From assembly GCF_018350175.1 (NCBI RefSeq), contig NC_058382.1, forward strand, positions 48,672,001-48,736,000: DNA of 64,000 bases, written 5' to 3'. The stretch comes from Felis catus. Lineage: Eukaryota. The notes under the pieces were generated by a model. It worked only from the letters and a program-made list of their open reading frames with translations. It was not told the DNA's origin and ran no database searches. Below are positions 49,850-63,100 of the stretch, piece by piece. The first letter of the stretch is position 1; every line of letters starts with the position of its first letter. The translations under genes and the position numbers were made by a program.

Positions 49850-52800
49850 AACCACATATAGTATATCTGTACAATGGAATATTATTCAGTCATAAAAAGA
49901 ATGAAATGCTAATACATGGATGAATCTTGAAAACATTATGCTCAGTGAAAAAAGTGAGACACAAATGACCGTATTTTGTATGATTCCATTTATATGAAAT
50001 TTTTTTTTAGTGTTTATTTATTTTTGAGAGAGAGGGAGAGCATGAACGGGGTAGGGGCAGAGAGAGAGAGAGGGAGACAGAGGATCCAAAGCGAGCTCTG
50101 CACTGACAGCAGAGAGCCCAACGTGGAGCCTGAACTCACAAACTGCAAGATCGTGACCTGAGCTGAAGTCAGATACTTAACCGACTGAGCCACCCAGACG
50201 CCCCGCATTTATATGGCATATTTAGAATAATGAATCCATAGAGACAGAAAACAGTGGTTGCCAGGGGTTAAGGGGAGGAAGCATGAGGAGTGATTGCTTC
50301 ATGGGTACAAGATTTTCTTTTGGGATAATGAAAATGTTTTGGAACTAGATAGAAGTACTGGTTACAAAACATTGTGAATGTACTAAATACACTGAACTGT
50401 ATGCTTTAAAATGGTTAATTTCCAGGTGCCCCCGCCAAAAAAAAAAATAGTAGAATAAAAATTAAAAAATTAAATGGTTAATTTTATGTGATCTGATTTT
50501 CACCTCAATTCAACAACAACAAGCTCAACGTGCTTGTTGTTAATGGGGCGTCACTGCTCTCAGGCCTTCTCAGTGGACAAAGGTAGGGAAAAAGTACCTA
50601 TTTGCATGGGGAACCTTAAGACTGATGTCTAAAACATTTCACACACAGGTTATGGAATCCTTTCATAGAGGAGCATCTCACAGGACATGGACACGTTTGA
50701 GAAGGCTGATGCAGTGCATGGAACATTGATGAGAAATGCTTCCCCTAAATGAATCCCCTAGAACACTAAGGATGGGCCACAAATGTGAGGATGACCTCTG
50801 TTATAGTCAGCAGCACCTTTCTGTTTCTTCATATGGCTTTTGAGAAACTGCTTCTTTGATCTGTGCCTTAATTTATCCATCAGAACAATGGTCTCTATCG
50901 ATATAATTGAAAGGACCATAAAAAAAAAAACCCTTGATATTTTGGGGGCACCTGGCTGGATCAGTCAGTAGAGCATGTAACTCTTGATCTCAGGGTTGTG
51001 AGTCTGAGCCCCATGTTGAGTTAGAGATTACTCAAAAATAAAGTCTTTAAACACACACACGTGCACACGCACACACACACCATCTTGATATTTTTAATGG
51101 TGTCTGCCAGAATGCTTTACTAAATCTCAAGCTTTTATAAGGTGGGGTCCAATTTTTCAATTTCACAGTGCTCTCCACTGTGCTTTGCACACAAGGAATA
51201 GGTAATATATATTATATAAGAATGACCTTGGACAAGCCACTTAACCTCTCTGAGTGGCCTGCCAATTCAGTTCTGCCAGAGACTAAAAAATAATTTCATT
51301 AATTTAATCAATATTTCTTGAAGGTCTGTTTTGACCTACAAAAGCCAGTCCGCTGCTCTCCAGTAGTTTGTTATCCATTGAAGTAATAACAAAAGACACT
51401 ATCAATTGAAGCTGCTTCAATCTATTCATTTTAGTCTTTAATTTGGATCATCAACTTCTAGATCTTCTTTTTTAATTTTTGAGAAAGAGAGGGACAGAGA
51501 GAGGGACAGAGAACAAGCATAGGGGACAGGCAAAGAGAGAGGGGGACAGAGGATCCAAAGCAGGCTCCATGCTGACAACAGAGAGCCCAACTTGGGGCTC
51601 AAATTCACAAACCTTGAGATCATAACTTGAGCCGAAGTCAGACACTTAACTGACTTAGCCACCCAGGCACCCACAGAGAGAGAATCTTAAGCAGGGTCCA
51701 CGCTCAGCACTGAGCCTGACTCAGGGCTGGATCCCACAACCCTGTGATCATGACCTGAGCTGAAATCAAGAGTGGGATCCTCGTCCAACAGAGCCACCCA
51801 GGTGCCCCAACATATAGGTGCCAATCATTTTTAATATTTACTCTTACAACCTTGTAACAAATGTTGTAGTAATGTTGTAACCAAGAAAATGTGTAAATAG
51901 GACACTTTCTTAGAAACTGCAAGGTCAAGGGGTGCTTGGGTGGCTCAGTCGGTTAAGCGTCCAACTTTGGCCCAGGTCATGATCTCACAGCTCATGGGTT
52001 TGAGCCCTGCGTCGGACTCTGTGCTGGCCGCTCGGAGACTGGAGCCTGCTTTGGATTATGTGTCTCCCTTTCTCTCTGCCCCTAACCCACTTGCATTCTG
52101 TCTCTCTCAAAAATAAATAAACATTTAAAAAAAATTTTTAAATAAAAAAAAACTGCAAGGTCAAACGGTGTGTGCACGTATAATATGAAGATATTACCAA
52201 GTCACTCTTCTTCCAGGCTGAACCAATATCCCGTCACACTGACAGTGTATAAGAATCCTGTTCCCCACACTCTTGCCAAGATAGTTATCAAGCTTTTTGG
52301 TCTTTGCCAATCTGATAGGTGAAAAATGATATTTCAGTGTGGTTTTAATTTGCATTTCTTTTACTAAGAGTGAAGCTCTGAGAAAATAATGGTTAGTGAG
52401 GATGTGGAAAGATTGAAACCTTTGTCACTGCTGTGGGAATGTAAAATGGTACAGCCATTATGGCAAATGTTATGATGGGTCCTCAAAAAATTAAAAACAG
52501 AATTGTCATATGATACAGCAATTCCACTTCTGGGTATATACCTAAAAGGATTGAAAACAGGGACTTAAAGACAAACTTGTACACCTGTATTCATAGTGGC
52601 TTTATTTGCAAGAGCCAAAAGATAGAAGCAATCCAAGTGTCAAACGACAAATAAATAGATCAAATGTGGTACATACATACAACAGAATGTTATTCAGCCT
52701 AAAAAAGGAAGGAAGTCCTGACACATGCTACAATGTGGATGAACATTGAGGACATTATGCTAAGTGAAACAAGCCAGACATAAAAGGACAAATACTGTCC

Positions 52801-53070
52801 TCATGCTGATATGACTTCATAGTCGAATTTATAGAGACGGAAAGTCGAATGGTGGTTGTCAGGAGCTGGGGGGAGGGGAGAATGTGAGGAGTCATTGTTT
52901 AATGGGTATAGAACTTTTCAGTTTTGCACGATGAAAAGAGCTCTGTGGATGGATGGTGGTGATGGCCGCACAGTAATGTGAATTTACTTAACGCTACTGA
53001 ACTGTATGCTTAAAATGGTTAAGGTGGTAAATCTCATGTATAGTTTTCCACGATTTTTTAGAAAATAAAG
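49850..53070. mobile_element. Old L1M 3' fragments interleaved with SINEs
   Basis: atggaatattattcagtcataaaaaga...catggatgaatcttgaaaacattatgc; cagcaattccacttctgggtatata; multiple SINE heads. Confidence 0.8.
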
Positions 53071-53457
53071 CTCTGCATCTTTTCATGTCAGAGCCATTGT
53101 TTTCTCTTTTATTGTGAACTCTCTTTTTATATAATTTTTACATTTCCTAGTGATTACTTGGTCTTCTTACTGATTTACAAAAGCATTTTGTATTAGCTCC
53201 TCACCTTTTAAAATAAATTGCAAAAATGGGGGCACCTGGGTGGGCTCAGTCAGTTGAGTGTCCAACTCTTGATTTCAGCTCAGGTCATGATTTCAGGGTC
53301 ATGGGGTTGAGCCCTGCATCAAGCTCAGAGCTGAGCGTGGAGCCTGCTTGAGATTCTCTCTCCCTCTGCCCCTCTCCTACTCACACGCTCTCTCTCTAGA
53401 ATAAAAAAAATAACAATAACAATAAAAAATAAATTGCAAAAATATCTCCCATTTTCT

Positions 53458-54335
53458 TTTTTCTTTTTTTTAATTTGTTTTTTTTTTTAATTTACACCCA
53501 AATTAGTTAGCATATAGTGCAACAAGGATTTCAGGAGGAGATTCCTTAGTGCCCCTTACCCATTTAGCCCATCCCCCCTCCCACAACCCCTCCAGCAACC
53601 CTCAGTTTGTTCTCCATATTTAATGAGTCTCTTCTGTTTTGTCCCCCTCCCTGTTTTTATATTATTTTTGTTTCCCTTCCCTTATGTTCCTCTCTTTTGT
53701 CTCTTAAAGTCCTCCTATGAGTGAAGTCATACGATTTTTGTCTTTCTCTGACTGACTAATTTCACTTAGCATAATATCCTCCAGTTCCATCCACGTAGTT
53801 GCAAATGGCAAGATCCCATTCTTTTTGATTGCTGAGTAATACTCCATTGTATATATACACCACATCTTTTTTTTTTTAATTTTTTTTCAACGTTTATTTA
53901 TTTTTGGGACAGAGACAGACAGAGCATGAACGGGGGGAGGGGCAGAGAGAGAGGGAGACACAGAATCGGAAACAGGCTCCAGGCTCCGAGCCATCAGCCC
54001 AGAGCCTGACGCGGGGCTCGAACTCACGGACCGCGAGATCGTGACCTGGCTGAAGTCGGACGCTTAACCGACTGCGCCACCCAGGCGCCCCAACACCACA
54101 TCTTCTTTATCCATTCATCCATCGATGGACATTTGGGCTCTTTCCATACTTTGGCTATCGTGGATAGTGCTGCTATAAACATGGGGGTGCATGTGTCCCT
54201 TCAAAACAGCACACCTGTATCACGTGGATAAATGCCTAGTAATGCAATTGCTGGGTTGTAGGGTAGTTCTATTTTTTAGTTTTTTGAGGAACCTCTGTAC
54301 TGTTTTCCAGAGTGGCTGCACCAGTTTGCGTTCCC
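53458..54335 (-). mobile_element. Young 5'-truncated felid L1 3' end with nested young SINE (53868-54091)
   Basis: L1 TSD ATCTCCCATTTTCT at 53444-53457 and 54336-54349; SINE TSD acaccacatctt. Confidence 0.88.
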
Positions 54336-55885
54336 ATCTCCCATTTTCTATTAACTCACTTTTTGGTGGTGGTGGTGGTTTTTAGCTAGACATATGGCAG
54401 AGATCTGACTAAAAAATTTTTAAACCATTGTATTGTGGAAAGCTTCAAACACAGGCAAAAGGAGAAAAAGCTGTTATAATGAACCCCAAGTAACAATCAT
54501 TCCCCACTCCAACGATGATCAATTCAGTCAACCTTGTATCTATACTTGCACCCAACCCTGGATTATTTTGAAGCAAACCCCAGACATCTTATCATCCCAT
54601 AAATATGATTTTAGTATATACTATTAAATGAGGTCTCTCTCTCTCTCTCTCTTTTTTCATGTTTGTTTATTTATTTTGAGGGAGAACGTGGGGAAAGGGC
54701 ATAGAAAGAGGGAGAGAAAGAGAATCCCAGGCAGGCTCCCTGCTGTCAGTGCAGAAGTGGACACAGGGCTGATCTCAAGAAGCACGATATCATGACCTGA
54801 GCTGAAATTAGGTGCCTCCCAAATAATTTTTAAAAATCAGTGTATCTACTTTTCTCTCCCACCTCTAAAAATTAACAAACAAACAAAAAAAAACCTGCTG
54901 ATATTGGTAATGGAATCACATTGAATTTACAGATTAACTTGATTTATTTTGGATAGTCTTCCTATCTAAGATCATAGTATTTTTCATTCAATCTTCACAA
55001 CAAATCTAAGAAATAAGGTCTTTTCATTATTATTATTCCCATTTTACAGATGAAAGAATTGTGTAACTTGCTCTGAGTCACACACAGCATTCGGGGTGGG
55101 AGCTGTCAGACCGCTCCAACTTTAAGCTTCTGTCCCCCAAACAGAAACCCAGGGAGTGAGGGAGCCAGCTCCTCTTTGCACCTTGCTATTAGTAGCTGTC
55201 TGCCTCCAAAGCCCTGTGCTTTTATCTGCCACTTTCCAACTCCCGAATACCTGTTTCACTGCCTCTCTTGCACTGGATAGTTCACCAGCAAAGCTAGGCT
55301 TTTCAGTAAATGATTCAAATCCAAATGCCGCACTGAGGCAGTTGGGGAGAACCTTCTGGAGTAAGGAAGGCTCAAGGTAGACTTTGGACAGTCAGGCAGA
55401 ATTTGGATTGGTGGAGGGGATGGGAAAGCAGAACCAGGAAGGGGAAATGGGTGAACTATTTTGACATCTAATTGGGAGGTGGTAAAGGGTGACAGTGAGG
55501 GTTCCTGCTGGAGCTGAGGCTTAGAGAGGGTCTTTCTGTCCTGCCCATGAAAGGGCATCTTAATTCTCCCTGAATAATCTGCTAACAGACATTTGGGAGA
55601 TCGATGGAAACTCAAAAACCTTCACTTACCTTCTGCATGTAAGGGAATGTTTCTATTGCACTTGACTGGGGTGCAGAGGTTGCTTGTGGACTTACGTAGT
55701 CTGTGTAGGGGACAAATCTAAAGGAAACAGGAAAGCATCCCAGAATTAACTTTAGTCAAAGTCCAATGCCTCTGGTGGCTACGTGGCTACTTACCCAAGG
55801 ACCTAGGAATAACTCACCCTTTGGCCCTTGGTGTATAGGCAGAAGCCTGGAGCCTGGGCCCTGAGGACTGAGTACAAACCCCCTT

Positions 55886-56627
55886 TGTCAAAGATAAACA
55901 AAGCCAGACACTAGTTAAAGTGGTAAGGACAGATTTCAACCAAGAATATACTACTGCAATAAGGAAGAAAGTCCAGTGTGAACTGAACTCAATTTGGATT
56001 TGTAGAGGTGACAGGGTATTTCAAAGAGAGAATGAGGGAGTATAGAGGGAGGTGAGCAGGGGCTCAGTAGAGTCAGGGAAGTGAAAAATTACAAAGGGTT
56101 GGTCAGTGTAAATGCTTAGGCCAGCTGTGCCTGTTAGCTGACAATTATCGAAGTTAGGATTCTATCCTCCCACAGAGACTGGGAGACCGAGGCCTTATCC
56201 TTCCTGATGATTACATTTCAAAGGAATGGCTTTCAGGTCTTTGGGAAAGGCACACCAGAGCTCTAGGAGATACATATACATCTCAAAGGGACAGAGGAAG
56301 AAATCACAGTTGCAAGCCCTTTTTAGTAAATGCTTAAGTAGGAGTAGTCACCTATCATTAGGGAATGGCTAGCACAAACAGTAAATTCTTTCGGTAGCCT
56401 TAAGCTTTCTCTGACAGGTACTTTAAAGGGGCTAGGGTCCTCCTAGGGATGTGACTTTGAGCCGTTTGAAACCATTATTGTGTTTAAGTCTTTAATGTGG
56501 GGGAAGGAGGATGGATGAAATAATTTGTGTTGAGAGTGTAGTTTTTATAGGCCAAGGTTGAGGCCTAACAGAAAAGAGAGCTCAGACTAGTCTGGCCAAA
56601 GTTTGGTCAAGCAGCAAATCATTGTCA
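55886..56627. mobile_element. Probable solo LTR (ERV1-like)
   Basis: TG...CA bounded ~740 bp block with LTR-like composition; imperfect 4-bp flanks cctt/ccta. Confidence 0.55.
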
Positions 56628-57176
56628 CCTAACAGCTGGAAGAGTCTAGGATCATGTCTGAAGGTGATGGACATCAAGTTTTGTCTCCAGAGTTTTGTAG
56701 TTCCCAGAACCGCAGGACAGCAGGTGATAAGGAGAGTCTACCTGATGGGTCAGGAACCCACCTCCCCACCTCTCAATCTCAGGGCCTGTTTTAGGTCATA
56801 GCCCACCCAGAGGCCATGGATTCTAGAGTGTCCTCTGGGATTGAGATCACACCCCTTGGCTTACATCCATGGGGGAGCGGGAGGGGGAGGTAGCACCAGG
56901 TGCACCTCAGCTGCCACTTTGGCAACTGAAAACCTTCCCAGCTTTAGAGCACACGACAAGGGCTAAGGTCTGGAACACCTTTCAGTCAGATGGCCCACAC
57001 TGTATTTTTCTTTACTAGATGAATTGGTTTGTTTATTTATTACAATTAAAAAGAGGATTACTATGTTAAACTGCACTAGGACCCTGCCTTCCTATGGTCT
57101 GGCTCTTCAGAGGCCAATATTCCACAGCAGGCCCATCCTTGAAGGACAATGCCAGAAGTCTAGCGAACAAACAACA

Positions 57177-57352
57177 GTAGCGGTTCTCAAAGTGGTTCCC
57201 CAGAACAGCAACATCAACATTACCTGGGACGTCCTTAGAAATACAAATTCCCAGGTCCACCCTAGAGTTAATGAAACAAACTGCGAGTGGGAGCCCCTTG
57301 TATGTGAACAAGCTCTCGGGAGAATCTAATACACGCCAAAGTTGGAGAACCG
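57177..57352. mobile_element. MER5A-like element
   Basis: gcggttctcaaagtggt...cagcaacatcaacattacctggga...aaagttggagaaccgctg with inverted termini. Confidence 0.75.
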
Positions 57353-57499
57353 CTGACCTACAGCCTTCTGCTCTGCCAGAGGAGGTGAAACCGCAGTCGA
57401 CCTGGAGCTTCAGGACGGATCTGAGTTAGGTTTGGAAGTTGGGGAAAAGACTTGATAAGAGAAGACATGGAAAAAAATCTTTAAAATGTGCGCACCTTA

Positions 57500-58900
57500 C
57501 CCTACACAGTAGGGAGCTAAGAGCATCTGACAAAAAAGAGTACGACTGGGATGAGGTGCCCCAGCGTGCGAGCGCTCCGCGAAACCCACAGTCACTCGGC
57601 TCCCTTTTCCCGGGTGGGGAAAACCCCACGCCCACGCAGCTCCTGGAGTCCCTTCTCCTCCGGCCTGGGCGCAGAGGCCCCACCGCAGCTCCGGCTTGCA
57701 GAGCCCGGGCACGAAGCCAAGCTGGTCTCAGGTCATAGCTCTTTGGGAGCGTGAGTGGGAACGGTACCCGAGGCGCTGTTCGGGGGCCTGGAGGCTTCCC
57801 CTTCAGCCGGGCTCGGCCGCAGCTGGCCACAGCCGCGTCTGAGAGGCATCCTGGGCTACAGTTGGCGCCTCCCTGGGGATCCAGGTATTCAACCTAGGCG
57901 CGAGGCACCGCAGACCCCCACATCCTCCGTTTCAAACGCGGGGAGCCCAGCCTTCTGGGAATGGAGATTTCCCATCCCCCCCTGACCCCACCTCCTACGC
58001 GGTAGACGCCCCCCTCCGGGTTCCAGTCGAACTACAAAGCCCACAATCCCTAAGGCTCGCACGCTATCTTCTGGGAGCTGTAGTCCTGGATGTGGGGCAC
58101 CCCTAGCGGCTCAGCGCCGGCTGCACTCCATATCCCAGCATGCCCACGCGCGTGCGGGTGGAGGAGGGAGGGGAGAGACGGGGAGGATGTGAGTGGGGAG
58201 GGGGCAGCTGCCCCCTTCCCCCACCCTTCCCTTCAAGCCGGGCTGGGGTGGGGGGAGGGGCCGGACTGAGGCGGCGGCGGCGGCGGCTCGCTCCGGGAGG
58301 GCAGAGCCGGCAAGGGCGGGACTGGCCCGCTGCGGACAGACGAGGGAGCCGCGGAGCTAACGGGTCCGGACGCCGCCAGCGGCGGCGGCTTTCTGCACGG
58401 GCGGAGGCGGCGGCAGGAGCGGCGAGCATGGCCCGCGCTGCGCCCGGCGCTGATTGAGGTGCGCGGGCGGGATGAGGGCGGGCGGGATGCGGGCGCCCCG
58501 GGCCCCTTGCTGCCCGAACCCCTTCCGCGCGGGCAGCTGGCTTGGCCCAGCGGCCCAGACCGGCCCGGTCTACCCCGGCAACTTCTCCGGGGTCGGAGCT
58601 CTGGGTTCCCCCATGGGGACGGGGATCCGCTTGTCTTGGCCTCAATCCCCATCCCCGCCTTCTGCTTCTGCACCTCAAGCCGCTCCCAGCCTTTGAGGCG
58701 CGACTGTTCCACTCCATGGTGGCAGCCCCCAGCCCCAGCTCTGGGAAGCGCTCCCTGCCCCAGTCCTGACTTACTGTCCATTGGCTACTTCGTACCCCCA
58801 ACCCCCCGCGCGCTCCCGGCCTCTGCGCTACCTGGAGACCCCTGCCCCGCACCTCTTAGCCACAGGCTGTCTTTGCATCATCAGCACCTCTCTCCTCTTT
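57500..58900 (+). promoter_or_regulatory. ST3GAL2: CpG-island promoter, probably ST3GAL2
   Basis: Very GC/CpG-rich; GC boxes, GGC repeats, ACTACA motifs at 58031 (+) and 58071-58086 (-). Gene identity inferred only from recalled human gene order COG4-FCSK-ST3GAL2; no ST3GAL2 coding sequence is in the window. Confidence 0.7.
58270..58458 (+). other. ST3GAL2: Putative non-coding first exon of ST3GAL2 (start approximate); rest of window would be intron 1
   Basis: GC-rich leader ending GATTGAG|gtgcgc splice donor at 58459. Confidence 0.55.
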
Positions 58901-60118
58901 CCCCTACTTGGCACTGCCCCCTAGCCACCCCCAATGGCCCAGTTCTTTCCGATAAGATCTAACAGCTGACCTCCTTCCCACTTTGGAGAAACTGAGGCAT
59001 GACATAAACCAGGAACTTGGCCAAGACCATGCTCCAGCCCTTTCGGGGCTGGCCCGAACCCATGCCTTGGAATGGAAGTCATTTTTTTTTTTTTTTCCTC
59101 CAGCCATTCCTCTGTAACTGGACCAAACTTCCCAGCCCCCTGCTGCAGCTCTGGGCTAAGCTCACTTTAGGTTACCCTTTAGCTTTCTACCACTTCTGTT
59201 AACCCCCTTCTCCTTTCCAAATCCCACTTTGGGCCCTCTCTGCTTGTAGACAGTCACCCATCCAATGGCTTGTTTTTTCAAGTTAGCCTTTCAATTTCTA
59301 TTTCTTGCCAACTGCATCCATCTCCCATCTTGCCTCTTGCTTTACAGCTGCGTAAAGCACTGAAGAACAGAGTCTAAGGTATTGGGGGGGGGGGTGGTGG
59401 TGGCAGAAAAGAACTGGCAGCCTCTTCCATCCAAAGCCACTGAGGGGGGTTCAGGGCATTCTGGAGTCTCTGGGAAACAGTCCTTTCTAGCCAGTAACTC
59501 ACACTCCCAGCTTTGTCTAGAAGCTGGTGGGTCATCCCTCCCTCTTACTATGCCTGGTGGGCTCTGAAGTCCCTCTGAGATGGAGGAAACCTCTTACCTT
59601 GGTGGCATAAGAGGAATCCGGGAGACCACACCCCTAAAACTTATCTTGAATCTGCTGCTAACTTTGGAGGGGGTTGCTGGTTCAAGGAAGGATGCCTGCT
59701 AGGTGCCCTGAGCTCTTTGTGGAGGAAGGCACAGTGTCTGTAGGCGGTGATCTCAAGTTTAGTCGTGGTGTTCAGGATCTGAAGGGAAGAGGGAACTAGG
59801 GCTCAGAGAGGTGGCACAGACATGCCTAATTTAGTTTTTTGTTTTCTAGTCTTCCTTTGGCAAATTTGCCTTTGGATCACCCCTTTACAGCCCAGTCCTT
59901 GGTTTCTCTGTGGGAAGTAGGGGGAGGGAGGAAAGTCTTTGAGCCATCAGGAAGGCTCAGGAGGCTCTGGGACTTTGCTGGGGTCCTGAATGAGCAATCT
60001 TTATCTGAACCAGATGGTTCGATGCTCCAGCACCCTCCCTTAATCCCTCCCCTTTGGCTGTGAATAGGAAGCCTTTAACCTTGTAACTTGAGATTAGAGG
60101 AAGGGAGGCCAAGGGGCC

Positions 60119-60121
<3 letters not shown>

Positions 60122-60167
<46 letters not shown>
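60122..60167. repeat. (TG)n microsatellite
   Basis: Direct reading. Confidence 0.97.
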
Positions 60168-60170
<3 letters not shown>

Positions 60171-63100
60171 ATGTCTGCATCTGTACACTCGTGTGCAAGC
60201 TTGCCAGGGGCCTGTGTGAGTGGCCCTGCCCAGGAATGCATTGTTGTGATGTGCTGTGGCTTGTTCATGGCCCTCTAGGAACTTTCTGACCCCAAACCCC
60301 CCAATGGGGCCAATTTCCAAGCCCCTAAGAACCACTGGTCGTGCCTTTGTGGGAGCATTTCCCCACATGCCAAGCTTCTGGACCTGAGATATGCCTCAGG
60401 GTGAGGATTACTCTTCTTAAGAAAGCTACCTGTGATTGAGGTGTCCGAAATAGCAGCATTGGGGATGGGTTTCCAAAACTTGTGTTCTCTTTTCCCCAGT
60501 CATGGCAAGAGAAGGTCTGAAGGGTAAGAGTCTGGGAAGAGGAGTGGAAAGTGATTCCTTTGACTTCTTTTATGCCACATCCTGCCTTGTGTATTTGATT
60601 TGGGCCCCCATTAGACTGTGCAAGGTCTTCAAATGTGTGTTCAGCAAATGTTTGAGTTAAAGCGGAGGGTCTTGTGGTTAAAGGTTTAAGGCAAGATTCC
60701 TCATGGTGGAGCAGGCATCAGAACCCCCTAGAGAGCTGTTTAAGGCACAGATTGCTGGGCCCCACTCCCAGAGTTTTCTGATTCAGTCATTCTGGGTGGG
60801 GCCTAGAATTTGTATTTCTGCTCAGCTCCTTAGGGATAACGCTTTGAAAATCACTGGTTTGGGCTATTACAGTTGCTTGGGAGATTAATACAGGCAGATG
60901 CAAATCTTAAGAGGCACTTCATTCCACCTTGCTTCCCAACCCAGGTTTGTTCTGTCTGCTGCACTGGGTTAGCCTTTCCTTTCGTTCTCCTACTGCCTAG
61001 TGTTGGCTAGGTTAATGGTAGGGTGACTTGTGGTGCCCGGGCTCCCAGTCCTGCTGTAACCACGGAGCGGACACCACCCCATGGTTATTTGAAGGAAGGC
61101 CCTACAAAAGCAGGACATTTAGGAACCGAGGCTTTGGAAAAGGGATGGCTGTGTGCACATGAGAAAGCAGACGCTGAACCACACCGTCATTTTCCCTGAC
61201 TCTGCCTCTCAGACTGAGCAGCTTGGAGCATCTGCCAGTTGGAGTCCTATCATGGCCATGCACTTGACAGGACACCTGGGAATCTCTGAAATTTGGAAAA
61301 GAGGAATCCCTTACATTATGATTTTACTTTGTGAAGCATTTTCCTCCTGTTGTTTTTCAGGAGGTTTATAGGGCCAATCCAGATCCAAGTGAGGTTACGG
61401 TGGAAGAGAGAGGTGCACTGTGGGTCACCCAACAAGCCCTAGGACTCCCGACTCCAGCCCTCTGATAGAGCTTCACTAAACCAGCTACTAATAGCTGGAA
61501 TGATGGTTGGAGTTTCCTGTGTGCTTAGCTACTAGCCAGGCATGGTGCTAGATGCTCTCACATGTTAGCTTGTCAAATGTTCACAGCAACATTGCAAGTT
61601 TGGCATCATGGTAACTACCTTGTAGATGAAGAACTGAGACTTGTGGAACTTACCAGACTTGCCCAAACTCAAACATCTCTTAAGTGGAGGATCTGGAATT
61701 CAAACTCAGGTCTTTCTGATGGCACACCCTACATTCTTTGTCACTCGTCTGCTTTGCCCAGTAAGCCTCTAATTGTCCTTTGGGTTATCTGCCCCCAGAG
61801 TCTGGTGAATTTTACTGAACCTAAAACCATTCTGGGTGTTGTGGAGGAGATAAGGACCAAGTAAGTCACTGTCCTCTCGAAGGGGCTAAGCCAAGTACAC
61901 CAGTGTCGTCCACAGTTGAAGGCAGAAGGAGCAGCTAGTGGCTTGTTGGTTTACCGGAAGCAGAAGCCATCCCTGTAGAAGGTTCAGAAGATGGGCCCTG
62001 AGCAGGCAAGTAGAACTCCAGCATTGCCTGTGGGATGGAGAGGTGTGCAGGCCAACAGGTCCAGAGGGAGGCTGTAATGGCACTTATATATAGGGAGTTT
62101 TCCCATTTGGCTGGAACATAGGAAAGGTATGTCAAAAAGCACTAAGAAAATCCTGTTTGGTTACCAGCAACGACTTGGCTGACTTTGGCAAGAAAGGACT
62201 TCCTTAGAAGATCATAGGGACTCCTGGAATCAGAGATGACTCAACACCCATGTCCCCTCCAGGGTCTCGGAGTGGTACAGCAGGAACCAAAGGCCAGCTG
62301 ACTTCAAGGTACCACTGTTGCCAGGATAAATCTGCTGCAGCCGTACTCAGTAATTTTGTCACCACAATTTGGGATTCACATCCCAGGGAGGAAATGGCTG
62401 GTTGGCCCAGCCTGGCAGGGAGGGCTGGTGGCATGGTAGGCAATCCTGCCCACCCCCCCACACCCAGACTGTGTCCAAAAGTTAAAGTCCCCAGAAGAAG
62501 AGGAAATGGACACTACAGGAGATCAGTCCAGAAAGCCACTAGATGAGCACACTTAGTTCTGACAAGTGTCTGAGCAGGCAAGGGGCAGACTGGCAACAGG
62601 ATATAGTGGGTCATAAGGGGACAAGAAAAGAAGGGAGGGAGGAAATGGAAAACTAAGTAGATAGGGTCCAGGTGAGACATAATGAAAGCTGGAATTTGGC
62701 AGTAAGAATGGAAAAGAAGAGACTGATTCTAGAGAGATTGTGAAAGTAGATCTCGTCTTGTGGAACAGCCACTTGATTGGCTGGGGTTGGACATTTCAGT
62801 ACCTGGGTGATGAGGTCGGTCCCTTTAGCAGACACAGAGAGGTCAGGAGGAGGAAGAGTTTGCAGGAGAAGATGATGTGGCCTTACTTTGGAGGAGCTGC
62901 ACAGAGGATGCTGATGGCATGTCTGGAACCCTGGTGAGCTCATTACTCCTGATTCAACGTTTCCTGAAATTTGGGGCCTCAGCCCTGAGGAGGTGGGGCC
63001 CTAAAGCCACAGAGGCCCTGCACCTCCTGAAAGCAGCTGGGGCTCCATGGCGCAGGCTGAGCACGCCTGGGTCTCTTCTCTCTGCGTACATGAGCCCAGT

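Noticed and set aside
57426..58962. Several 100-250 aa ORFs on both strands
   Set aside because: Stop-poor CpG-island sequence yielding low-complexity Arg/Pro/Gly translations
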